Shown here: piece after piece, positions 50,353 through 59,187 of the stretch
How the letters are laid out: each line of letters starts with the position of its first letter
Position numbering within the stretch: the stretch's first letter is position 1
From: a bacterium
GTDB taxonomy: Bacteria; UBP15; UBA6099; JAJRTR01
Direction of reading: 5' to 3'
Assembly: GCA_024278215.1 (NCBI GenBank)
Contig: JAJRTR010000182.1
Span: forward strand, 1 to 64,000
DNA length: 64,000 nt
The notes under the pieces: generated by a model
The model's database searches: none
Told to the model about the DNA's origin: nothing
The model's input: the letters and a program-made list of their open reading frames with translations, nothing else
Made by a program: the position numbers and the translations under genes

Positions 50353-51603
50353 TCAGAAGAATTTCGCCGTGTTCGCCATGGCCTGGTACTGACTGAACAG
50401 CCTTGGATACTCATCTTTCAATCCTGTAAAGGAAATTATGTATTGTATGCCGTTCGATTTAGTAATAATCATGTACTGTTGCGAAACAAGTTGCTTATCA
50501 GCACCGGACTTTGCGCTGTTTGTCCCGCCGTTTTGTATAAGGTCGTTGTACTTATGCTCCGATATGATTTTGTATGCCTGCAAACCGTTGAAGTCGAACT
50601 GTTGTTTCGAGTTTATTTTATAGCCGGCCTGTTCGAGCAGTTTTTCGCTTCCGGCTATAAGTTCGCCGAGAGCGGAGGAGGCGCCGGAAGGGCTGAGTGT
50701 GCGGCACACCACATTGAGCCCCGAACCCTTCAGCGCGGTTTCATCTTTCTTTCGCACGCTGACCTGTAGCGAATTGCGCCCTTTTCTTACGACGAATTTC
50801 CATGTGTCGTCAGGCCGCCTGATAGAAAAGCGCCACTTGTAATTTATGTAAGTATCATCTTCGACAACAGCGTTTTCGATCACTTCTTCCGGCTCGTCCG
50901 CGGCACCGTTGCCGGATGTCGGGCGAGACTTTGCGCCGGGCCGCGTATCTTTGAAAATAAGCATTCTGTACAATTCGGAAAACTGCCTTTGTGAGACAAC
51001 CGCTTCGGATTTCGCTTTGGGGCGGTTGTATTTCTCCAGCATTTTTCCGATGCCGCCGAAGCCCGTGTTCAACTCGTAAGCCTGCATGAAATTCTTTCGC
51101 GCCATCCAGTAATATTCCTCCGCGCTTACCCCCGGGATGTCGTTCAGATTTGCCTTCAGGCGGTCCAGGCCGACACCGACAAGAAAAAACGTGTCCGCGA
51201 TTGATTGTTTCTCGAGCCGCTGCTGGGCGAGTGTGATCGCCCTGTTGAAAAATGAAACCGCCTCATCGGTGCAGTTTACAATTAAAGCGGAAGAGTCGCC
51301 GGTCTGCTGCAAGAAAGAATAAGGGCACATGCGGACATAATTATATCCGATTGCAAGTGTGAAAAGCGTGCGTTTGTGGATGTCGTCAATGTTTTCAATG
51401 GTGACACCGAGGTTCCCGAGCACTCTGTGGGCCCGGGCGAAATTCTCCGGCTTTCCGAGAGTGATGCCGTCTTCGATAATGCCTTTCGCGAATTCAAGTT
51501 CCTTCGATACCTGACGGACCGAAGGGGCGGCAGCCGCTGAAACGCCGGTAAGAAACAAGAAAACTGTAAAAAACACTATTGTGTATTTGATATAATATGT
51601 CAC
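50353..51603 (-). CDS. Hypothetical secreted protein (helical N-terminus, PsbP-like C-terminal domain)
   Basis: Signal peptide; Y.N....FSI..P...W and Y.ISF pattern. Confidence 0.65.
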   Translation of the reverse strand: MTYYIKYTIVFFTVFLFLTGVSAAAAPSVRQVSKELEFAKGIIEDGITLGKPENFARAHRVLGNLGVTIENIDDIHKRTLFTLAIGYNYVRMCPYSFLQQTGDSSALIVNCTDEAVSFFNRAITLAQQRLEKQSIADTFFLVGVGLDRLKANLNDIPGVSAEEYYWMARKNFMQAYELNTGFGGIGKMLEKYNRPKAKSEAVVSQRQFSELYRMLIFKDTRPGAKSRPTSGNGAADEPEEVIENAVVEDDTYINYKWRFSIRRPDDTWKFVVRKGRNSLQVSVRKKDETALKGSGLNVVCRTLSPSGASSALGELIAGSEKLLEQAGYKINSKQQFDFNGLQAYKIISEHKYNDLIQNGGTNSAKSGADKQLVSQQYMIITKSNGIQYIISFTGLKDEYPRLFSQYQAMANTAKFF

Positions 51604-51925
51604 GGTTCAATTCTAAAATATACCCATTCATTTAGCAACATCCGGAGCTTTTGAAAATTTTAAATATAGCTTTCGAGCAATCCCGGTGTGTCCCATAACC
51701 TGCCTGTGTTCAGCAAAGCAGCCGATTGCAGCAGACCGCAGCGGGCGCGGAATTCTGCAATCAACTCAAACATATTGACTTGTGTAAGCGTTGAATATAA
51801 CATTATTATCAGTAGGCGTGTGGCGAATTGCAATTCGCATATAGATCAGGGGAGAAGGTTTTCGTTTTTCAAATATGAACTGCGGGAATACCTGTAACCG
51901 GAAAACGCGCGACAGGAGGCACACG

Positions 51926-52411
51926 GTGGACATAAACGAGACTATAGAAATTTTAAAAACCTGCCAGGTGTTTGATGGATTGGGGCGCTCTGAACTAAGG
52001 AAGATCGCCGAAGGCTGCGTCATACAGTCAGTCCCCATGGGGACAACGATCATCGAAGAAAACGATCCGCCGAAGGGAACTCTGTATTTTATCAAATACG
52101 GAGATCTGGCAGTCAGCACAGGGCAGATCGATATCGAGAACGCCGAAGTGAAAGATGAATCTCTCATTACGACACTCGGCCCCGGAGACGCCTTCGGAGA
52201 AATCGCTCTCGTCGACGAAATGCCCCATTCGGCAACTGTGAGAACTATTTCCGACGCGGCCATATTGCATCTTCCGGCACGCTTCCTTCACAACCTTTGC
52301 GAACAAGAACCGACAATCGGTCTTGTTGTCTACAGAAATCTCGCAAAGATAATATGCACCAGGTTGCGGATGTCAAATTTTTCTACCAAGCATTTCTGGT
52401 TCAGTGATTGA
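51926..52411 (+). CDS. Stand-alone cyclic-nucleotide-binding domain protein
   Basis: LGPGDAFGEIAL....HSATV; GTG after AGGAGG; no HTH. Confidence 0.88.
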   Translation: MDINETIEILKTCQVFDGLGRSELRKIAEGCVIQSVPMGTTIIEENDPPKGTLYFIKYGDLAVSTGQIDIENAEVKDESLITTLGPGDAFGEIALVDEMPHSATVRTISDAAILHLPARFLHNLCEQEPTIGLVVYRNLAKIICTRLRMSNFSTKHFWFSD

Positions 52412-52450
52412 ACCGATCGTTTTCATTTGGTGCCTGGAGAACAATCCATC

Positions 52451-53257
52451 ATGAAAATAAGCATGGCAGTGTCCACTCCGGACGCCGAATTCAGCGCACT
52501 TGCTCTGAAAGGTGATTATCCGGATATTTTCGATCTGCTCCAGCGGTGCGGTTATGACGGCGCCGAGCTTGCAGTCCGCGACCCCGACGCAGTCGAGCCG
52601 GACGAACTCGAAACACTCCTGAAACAATATGAACTGACACTTCCGGCAATAGGCACGGGAAGAGCATTCGGCGAAGACGGACTGTCTTTCTCTTCACCCG
52701 ATGAAAAAATCAGGCGGGCCGCTGTCGAACGAATATTGAAACATATTGATTTCGCCCGCAGATTCGATTCGCTCATTATCATCGGTCTGATAGTCGGCAG
52801 GTCCGAGCGAACGGAAGTCAACGAAGCGCGGGCCGCGGCCTGCCTGGCGGAATGCGCGCGATATGCCGCGCAACAGAATGTCCGGCTCGCTGTCGAACCG
52901 ATAAACAGGTACGAAACGAATTTCATTATTACTGTCGATGACTGCCTCTCCTTCCTCGACCGCGCAGGGGAAGAATCCTGCGGCTTGCTTTTCGACACAT
53001 TCCATGCCAATATCGAGGAAGCTTCAATAACGGACAGCATCAGGGCCGCCGGAGACAGGATCGTGCATGTACATGTGGCCGACAGCAACAGGCACTATCC
53101 GGGCGCGGGCCACACGGATTTCCGGGCCATCATCGACACATTGCGCGACATCGGCTACGACGGTTACCTCTCCGCGGAAATTCTGCCCCTGCCCGATCCT
53201 GAAACCGCTGTCGAAAACAATGCCGCATTTCTTAAAGCGATCCTGGACACAGGCTGA
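52451..53257 (+). CDS. iolO: 5-keto-L-gluconate epimerase-like sugar epimerase
   Basis: N-terminal STPDAEFSALALKG and ELAVRDP, AIGTG, EPINRYE, DTFHANIEE, HVADSNR. Confidence 0.75.
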   Translation: MKISMAVSTPDAEFSALALKGDYPDIFDLLQRCGYDGAELAVRDPDAVEPDELETLLKQYELTLPAIGTGRAFGEDGLSFSSPDEKIRRAAVERILKHIDFARRFDSLIIIGLIVGRSERTEVNEARAAACLAECARYAAQQNVRLAVEPINRYETNFIITVDDCLSFLDRAGEESCGLLFDTFHANIEEASITDSIRAAGDRIVHVHVADSNRHYPGAGHTDFRAIIDTLRDIGYDGYLSAEILPLPDPETAVENNAAFLKAILDTG

Positions 53258-53381
53258 ACAGGTCGCGAAAAGAAATATAAACGGTGCGGCGCCGGGAAAG
53301 CGGAATGCTTTCGCCCGGGATGCACACACCGGCCGCATCGCTGAAGATCGATAAAAGATCACCGAAAGTTGTATTCCGAAA

Positions 53382-53699
53382 ATGGTAAATCAACAGTTGC
53401 TGAACGGATCGCCGGAAGTTATGATGATCCTGTTTGTGCTGAGCATCGCTGTATCTCTGATCGCTGTTCTTGTCGCTCTCGATTCGCAGGATCGCGGCAA
53501 GAGTAAAACACACAGCATCTTATGGTTTTTCGCGATACAACTTTTCGCGCCGGCCGCCCTGGTGTATCTCGCTGTCAGAAACAGGGGTAAGGCTCAGGCC
53601 CGAAACGCGAAAGCAATAGAAACCTTTAACTGTCCATATTGCAATGCACCCTATCATGAGGGGGACAGAATGTGTTCCCAGTGCGGGAGAATCCTTTAA
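53382..53699 (+). CDS. Small two-TM membrane protein with C-terminal zinc ribbon
   Basis: Two hydrophobic helices; CPYC...CSQCG. Confidence 0.8.
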   Translation: MVNQQLLNGSPEVMMILFVLSIAVSLIAVLVALDSQDRGKSKTHSILWFFAIQLFAPAALVYLAVRNRGKAQARNAKAIETFNCPYCNAPYHEGDRMCSQCGRIL

Positions 53700-53703
53700 G
53701 ATA

Positions 53704-54618
53704 ATGAAACAGCTTGGAATGGTACTGGCTCACACGGCCGGAATAAAGAGGTTGCTCGAATATAATCTTGAAAGAGCCGAACTTATCATATTCAACGCCT
53801 CGGAGAAAAAAGAACTGATGCGTTTCATGGAAGACGCCCCGGTTACCGTCAGCGGCCATTGCCCGATCTTCATACCTGAACATTACCACGAGAATCCGCT
53901 GCTCGCTTCACTTCTCGATTTCGACCGGGAGCGCAGGTTCGCCGGGCTCGAACTGATGAAGCAGGCTGCCCGCGACGCCGCGGAACTCGGCGCGGAATAT
54001 GTCGTTGTACACACCCAGCGCCCCGAACACTTCGGCGGCGCCAACCCCGATGAGGCAACACGCGACGAGGCGCTGGATATTCTCATGCGGAGTTGCGACA
54101 TCCTGATGGACTATTACTACGAATTCGGTGTCCCTTTCTATCTCGAAAACCAGATGGACAATGCTGTTTTTAACAGAGCGCAGGATTATATTAAGTTACT
54201 GGAGAAATTTCCCGATTTCGGTTTTTGCCTCGACATAGGACACCTTGACATGGATTCGAGGAAATTCGGATTCTCGTTCTTGGAATTCATCGAGCAGATG
54301 CTGCCGTTCATCAAGGCGGTTCATCTGCAAAACTCGAATTCGGCCGAGTCGGATTTCAACGGGCGACACTGGAAAATCCCCGTGCATCCCGATCAGAAGA
54401 CAGAAGACGGCTGGCAGGACATCGAGGGAATCCTGAAGAAAATCCTCGGGCACAACAGGGATTGCGTAATAAATTTCGAAGCCCGGCCCGACGAAATTCA
54501 CGGCTTCGACTACATGCGCGAAGGCATAATGTGGATCAAAAATCTCATGCCGCACATACTCAGGGAAATTGACAACAGCAATGAAGCATTGTGTCGTGTC
54601 AACGGTAAAAAGAAGTAA
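53704..54618 (+). CDS. AP-endonuclease-2 / xylose-isomerase-like TIM-barrel protein
   Basis: GH.P, VVVH, LEN, CLDIGH, HL.N, FE metal ligands. Confidence 0.82.
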   Translation: MKQLGMVLAHTAGIKRLLEYNLERAELIIFNASEKKELMRFMEDAPVTVSGHCPIFIPEHYHENPLLASLLDFDRERRFAGLELMKQAARDAAELGAEYVVVHTQRPEHFGGANPDEATRDEALDILMRSCDILMDYYYEFGVPFYLENQMDNAVFNRAQDYIKLLEKFPDFGFCLDIGHLDMDSRKFGFSFLEFIEQMLPFIKAVHLQNSNSAESDFNGRHWKIPVHPDQKTEDGWQDIEGILKKILGHNRDCVINFEARPDEIHGFDYMREGIMWIKNLMPHILREIDNSNEALCRVNGKKK

Positions 54619-54665
54619 GTGTATGATTCTGCTACGGTCGGTTCCCCATATTTCACCATTGCGGG

Positions 54666-57017
54666 CTATTCACTGATTATCCGGATAAGGGTCTGTTTGA
54701 AAATGTCGAGAGTGAAAGGTTTGACGAGGTATCCCGCGGCACCGGTGTCATAACCGCGTTTTATCTGGTCAGAAAGTCCTGATGCGGTGAGCATGAGCAC
54801 CGGTATGTTCTGTTTTGCTTCTACAGTTTTTATCATTTTAAGCAGCTCGTAACCGCTGATTTTCGGCATTGTCACGTCAAGTAAAATTACGTCTATGGGA
54901 TCTTTGGAAAAGAGCAGAGAAAGAGCTTCAAAGCCGTCTGATGCAGGGAACACGGTATAGCCATCTTCCGCGAGTATGTCCGTCATCATATCGAGAAAAT
55001 CCAGATCGTCATCGATAAGCAGTACGTTCTTCCCGCTCGCCGTCATCGTCGGCCCGTGAGCGCCGGAATCATTGGCCGGCCTGACACCGCCGGCGCCGGT
55101 GTAGACTTGTTTGCGTGCTGCTTCGGCTACTTTGTTCGGGTCTGTGAAAGGAAGGGTGAAAAGGAACGCCGCACCGCCCGACTCGCTTTTTTCCAACCAG
55201 AGTTTTCCGCCGTGAACACTTACTATTTCGCGTGTAATGGCGAGTCCCAGCCCCGAGCCGCCGTGTTTGCGCGTGTCGGAACCGTCTATCTGGTAGAATT
55301 TCTCGAAGACCTTTTCGGAATATTCTTCCGGGATACCCGGGCCGGTGTCGGAAACTTCTGCAAGCGCCATGCCTTTGTGAGACGGGTGTCGGCAGACCCG
55401 CAGCCGCACACTTCCCTCTTCAGTAAACTTGATCGCGTTTTCGACAAGATTGTTGAATACCCGTGATATTTTTTCTTTGTCGGCGAGGACCGGTGGCAAC
55501 TGCTCATCCATTTCAATAAAAAAAGCGAGTTCGGAAGCCTTTGCCCTTGATTCATATCCGCATGCAAGGTCGTCTATAAGGTCCTTGAGGAATACCTCTT
55601 CCCGGTGGAGTTCGAGCTTGCCGGATTCTATTCTCGACAGGTCCAGGAGGTCGTCGATAAGTTCATTCAGGCTTTTGCAGCGCCTGTTCATAACCTCGAC
55701 GGCTTTTTCCTGTTTTGGGGTGAGCGCGCCGAGTTTCTCTTCGGCAAGCATTGAAGAATACATTTTTATGAGAGTGAGTGGAGTCCTCAATTCGTGAGAC
55801 ACCATGGAAAGGAATTCGGATTTCACAACATTTGCGCGCTGGAGTTCTTCGTTGACCCTGAGCAGGTGGTCCTCGAGCAGAACTTTATCAGTGAGGTTTT
55901 CGAAAATGGCGATTGCGCCCATTACTTCCGAGGCCAGGTCCTTCATCGGACAGATGCTTACATTGAACATAACTTCATTGGCCATCTGCGACGATTTGTA
56001 GATTACGCGTTCATTGGTATAGATGTTGCCTTCAGTGACGACTTTATTGAAAATGGATTCAAGATTTTCGCTTTCCCAACCGGGGAAAACATCCCATATC
56101 TTTTTCTGATTTATGTCCCCGGGCCTGATGCCCATGTGAGTCTCCAGGCTGCTGTTCGCGCGTGTGATACTGCCTGTTCTGTCTATAACGATGATTCCAA
56201 GGTTGATATTCTCGACGACAGCATCGCTCAAGCGTCGTTGCTCGTCGGATTCTCTCTGCCTTCTAACCCTGGTTTCATACTGCGTGTGCCAGTAATCCAT
56301 CATCTCATTTATCGAATTGGACAATTCTCCTATCTCATCGTGAGTATCGTAAGATAGTTTCTCGATGCGTTCCTCGCGGACGAGGCGGTCTACCGTTTTC
56401 TTGAGATGCGACAGAGGTCGCAAAGCTAATCTGGAAACGGTAATGACGAACACAAGATTCAGAACTGTGAGTACCAGTATGAGGAGTGCGCTTCTGGTCT
56501 GGAGGGTGGATATGTGGTTGTTGATTTCCTTCATGGAAACGACCATCAGCACATAGCCCCAGTTGATGCCGCCCGCGCTTACGGGAGCGACGATAAGCAA
56601 CTCTTCATCTTTTCCCTGCGGTCCGTTTCTCTTGAGGAAGCGCGGTTCTGGCGTCTCCTGTTTCAACAATTTCAGAATGTCTTCATCTGTGACACTTTCG
56701 CCGGTCGACTCTCCGGCGGAATCCACGATATATGTGAAGTCGTCGGAGATGACAGCACATTCCAGAACAGGGAACTTCACATCGTGGGTGACGATAATTT
56801 CCGGCAGGTCGTTTATAAGCTGGTAATCGTGTATGACCAGTGAATTGCGGACCATACGGGCAGTCAGCTTTGCTCGGTCCATCCCGACACGCTCGAGAGA
56901 TTCCTTCATTATATGCTCCGCGCCCCTTATGCTGTGGAGAGCAAACACATACATGATGATCAAAGTGATCGCAGAAGTTGTGACACCGATTCTGAATGCT
57001 ATATTGAGATTCTTCAA
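54666..57017 (-). CDS. Membrane hybrid histidine kinase (TM-HAMP-PAS-HisKA-HATPase-REC)
   Basis: DEIGEL HAMP, SHELRTPL, NAIKFT, DTGPGI, GSGLGL, receiver domain. Confidence 0.95.
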   Translation of the reverse strand: MKNLNIAFRIGVTTSAITLIIMYVFALHSIRGAEHIMKESLERVGMDRAKLTARMVRNSLVIHDYQLINDLPEIIVTHDVKFPVLECAVISDDFTYIVDSAGESTGESVTDEDILKLLKQETPEPRFLKRNGPQGKDEELLIVAPVSAGGINWGYVLMVVSMKEINNHISTLQTRSALLILVLTVLNLVFVITVSRLALRPLSHLKKTVDRLVREERIEKLSYDTHDEIGELSNSINEMMDYWHTQYETRVRRQRESDEQRRLSDAVVENINLGIIVIDRTGSITRANSSLETHMGIRPGDINQKKIWDVFPGWESENLESIFNKVVTEGNIYTNERVIYKSSQMANEVMFNVSICPMKDLASEVMGAIAIFENLTDKVLLEDHLLRVNEELQRANVVKSEFLSMVSHELRTPLTLIKMYSSMLAEEKLGALTPKQEKAVEVMNRRCKSLNELIDDLLDLSRIESGKLELHREEVFLKDLIDDLACGYESRAKASELAFFIEMDEQLPPVLADKEKISRVFNNLVENAIKFTEEGSVRLRVCRHPSHKGMALAEVSDTGPGIPEEYSEKVFEKFYQIDGSDTRKHGGSGLGLAITREIVSVHGGKLWLEKSESGGAAFLFTLPFTDPNKVAEAARKQVYTGAGGVRPANDSGAHGPTMTASGKNVLLIDDDLDFLDMMTDILAEDGYTVFPASDGFEALSLLFSKDPIDVILLDVTMPKISGYELLKMIKTVEAKQNIPVLMLTASGLSDQIKRGYDTGAAGYLVKPFTLDIFKQTLIRIISE

Positions 57018-57326
57018 TTTATGTTGATCCGCAGCCGCCCATTGTTATGTTTGCGGTAACACTTTAGACATCTGAAGTAAAGCCGTGGAATTCCGGGGAC
57101 ATAACTGGAATTTGTCCTTTAATTGCAGTCATGTAGGGAACTCTTCACCTGGCTGAAGTGTTACTGTTTGTGAGCATATTATACAACACTATTCTGATAA
57201 ATTGCACTTGGGTAGTGATTTTTTTTAGCTTATCTGCAACAGACGGCGCGGGGAGCAGAAGATGCGCTGTTCCCGCAAGCCGGTGCCCCCGCCTGCGGTG
57301 ACATCCGATGCCCGGCGCGGCGGCAA

Positions 57327-57402
57327 TACGTTGAGGAATATTTTCGTGCCGACAAAGCATCTGTAGACAATTGCAGCCGAATCAGGATTTTACAATTGGC
57401 TC
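57327..57402. repeat. Right half of family A (subtype A')
   Basis: TACGTTGAGGA...GTGCCGACAA...GACAATTGCAGCCGAATCAGGATTTTACAATTGGCTC. Confidence 0.75.
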
Positions 57403-57438
57403 ATAAGAAATATTTCTACGGATTTACATGAGATCACG

Positions 57439-57467
57439 TTGACAACAATAAAGTTGGATGATATTCT
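57439..57467 (+). promoter_or_regulatory. Candidate sigma70 promoter for the barrel-FecR-lipoprotein operon
   Basis: TTGACA-N17-TATTCT with TG extension. Confidence 0.6.
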
Positions 57468-57507
57468 ACTCGGTACAAAATTATTTTATTTCAGGGAGGT
57501 ATCACAC

Positions 57508-58302
57508 ATGAGGTCATCACTGCGGAATATTACGCTACTCATAGCGTTGGCAGTGCTGGTGGCATCCGTGCCGGCGACAGCGAAGCCGGGACCGGTAGTG
57601 CTCACCTATATGGAAAGGGTGGAATATCATTCCGACACGACCACGATCAACGAAACCACGGGTCAATCGGAAATCGGAGAAGAAACGTATCTTTACACCC
57701 TCATTTCAGCTTACAGGAAACTGGACAAGGATGTTTTTGGGAACCTGTACTATATCCACAAGTACAGCCTGGACGACACCGACACGGCGTCCAACATCGG
57801 CGGCGTCAGCATTACTCACAAAATGACGGGCAAGTGGAAGATGAATTATTCATACTCTTATACGTCGAACCCGGAGAGAGGCTCCGTCACCTACACGACG
57901 GAAAGATTCGACAACGACAGACTTTCGTTTTCGCTCACGCACAGTGTGAACCCCGGCAAACAGCACAACAGACATTACAGGCTGAAGACGACTTACAGCA
58001 CAAACACGGACTTCACGGAAAACAGAACTCTTTCAGAGAAGGTCTCTGTCGACGGAAAGTTTTGGAACAGGTGGAAGTATGATCTTTCATACCAGTTCGT
58101 ATGGGGGCTGACAGACGACCCGGCGAAGGGTATCTACAGGTCGCAGTTCGCCAACCAGTGGTCTGCCGATTTTTCGTACAAGATCAACAAGAAACAGAGG
58201 CTCGTCCTTGGTTACATGTACCTCGACAAGCAATATCACGGGGCCACAGACGACGATAACCTTCTCAGGCTCAGCTATTTCAGATCGTTCACAGGGCTCT
58301 GA
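57508..58302 (+). CDS. Probable outer-membrane beta-barrel protein
   Basis: Signal peptide; alternating Tyr-rich amphipathic strands; ends LRLSYFRSFTGL; GGGAGG RBS. Confidence 0.7.
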   Translation: MRSSLRNITLLIALAVLVASVPATAKPGPVVLTYMERVEYHSDTTTINETTGQSEIGEETYLYTLISAYRKLDKDVFGNLYYIHKYSLDDTDTASNIGGVSITHKMTGKWKMNYSYSYTSNPERGSVTYTTERFDNDRLSFSLTHSVNPGKQHNRHYRLKTTYSTNTDFTENRTLSEKVSVDGKFWNRWKYDLSYQFVWGLTDDPAKGIYRSQFANQWSADFSYKINKKQRLVLGYMYLDKQYHGATDDDNLLRLSYFRSFTGL

Positions 58303-58380
58303 TCGTACAACACTCGCACCTTGCAGCAATACATAAACATTAAATTAGGTGTATATAGTACATTAATAAAAAAAGGGAGG

Positions 58381-59169
58381 ATGATTTTGAGGAAATCACT
58401 ATCAGCATTAATACTAACATCGATTATGCTTTTCGCAGTCTCCATAGCCGCCTGTGCTGCGAACAGTGCGGTACTGAAGGACCTTAAGGGTAAGGTCCAG
58501 GTGAAAGCGGCGATGGGACAGCCGTGGGAAGATGCGCGGAACGGCCAGAAAGTGGACGCCGGCGCATCGATAAAAACAGGATCCGGCGCGGAGGTTATTG
58601 TCGCATGGGGGGAAGGAAAAGCGATAAAGGTCAGTCCGCTTTCAAACATTAAACTGGAATCACTTGCATCTGCAAAATCGAAGATAAACCTATCTGAAGG
58701 AAAGATATTCGCACGCACAAATAAGTTGAAAAGCGCGGGAGGAACATTCGAAGTGAGAACCCCGACGGCCATAGCCGGAGTGCGCGGCACGGGTTTCGAG
58801 GCGACACCCGGCAGCTTCGCCGTTGTGGAAGGCACAGTGGCTGTAACAGCCGGTGGAGTGGAAGTCATAGTCGAGGCGGGCATGATGACGGAGATTCCCG
58901 AGGCAGGCGCGCCACCCGCACAACCGACGGCCATTCCAGCCGTGAAACTCGATGAGCTCAGGAAAGTCAACGCAGGCGTGCAGAAGGTCGCCGACGTAAC
59001 TTCCGCCGCGGGTGTTGTCAAACAAGAACCGAAACCTGTCGAGCAGGTTGTCGAGGAAGTAAACGAAGATGTCGAACAGGTTACAGTCGACGACAAGCTT
59101 ACCGAAGATGCGGCGAGTGCAGGTTTTGACGCTGGTACCGGCGGCATCCAGGGAACGATAAACTACTGA
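58381..59169 (+). CDS. Secreted FecR-domain protein
   Basis: IKTG, L.EG.I, FEVRTPTAIAGVRGT.F, V.EG.V.V. Confidence 0.88.
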   Translation: MILRKSLSALILTSIMLFAVSIAACAANSAVLKDLKGKVQVKAAMGQPWEDARNGQKVDAGASIKTGSGAEVIVAWGEGKAIKVSPLSNIKLESLASAKSKINLSEGKIFARTNKLKSAGGTFEVRTPTAIAGVRGTGFEATPGSFAVVEGTVAVTAGGVEVIVEAGMMTEIPEAGAPPAQPTAIPAVKLDELRKVNAGVQKVADVTSAAGVVKQEPKPVEQVVEEVNEDVEQVTVDDKLTEDAASAGFDAGTGGIQGTINY

Positions 59170-59187
59170 AAAGGGGATGGTACAAAC

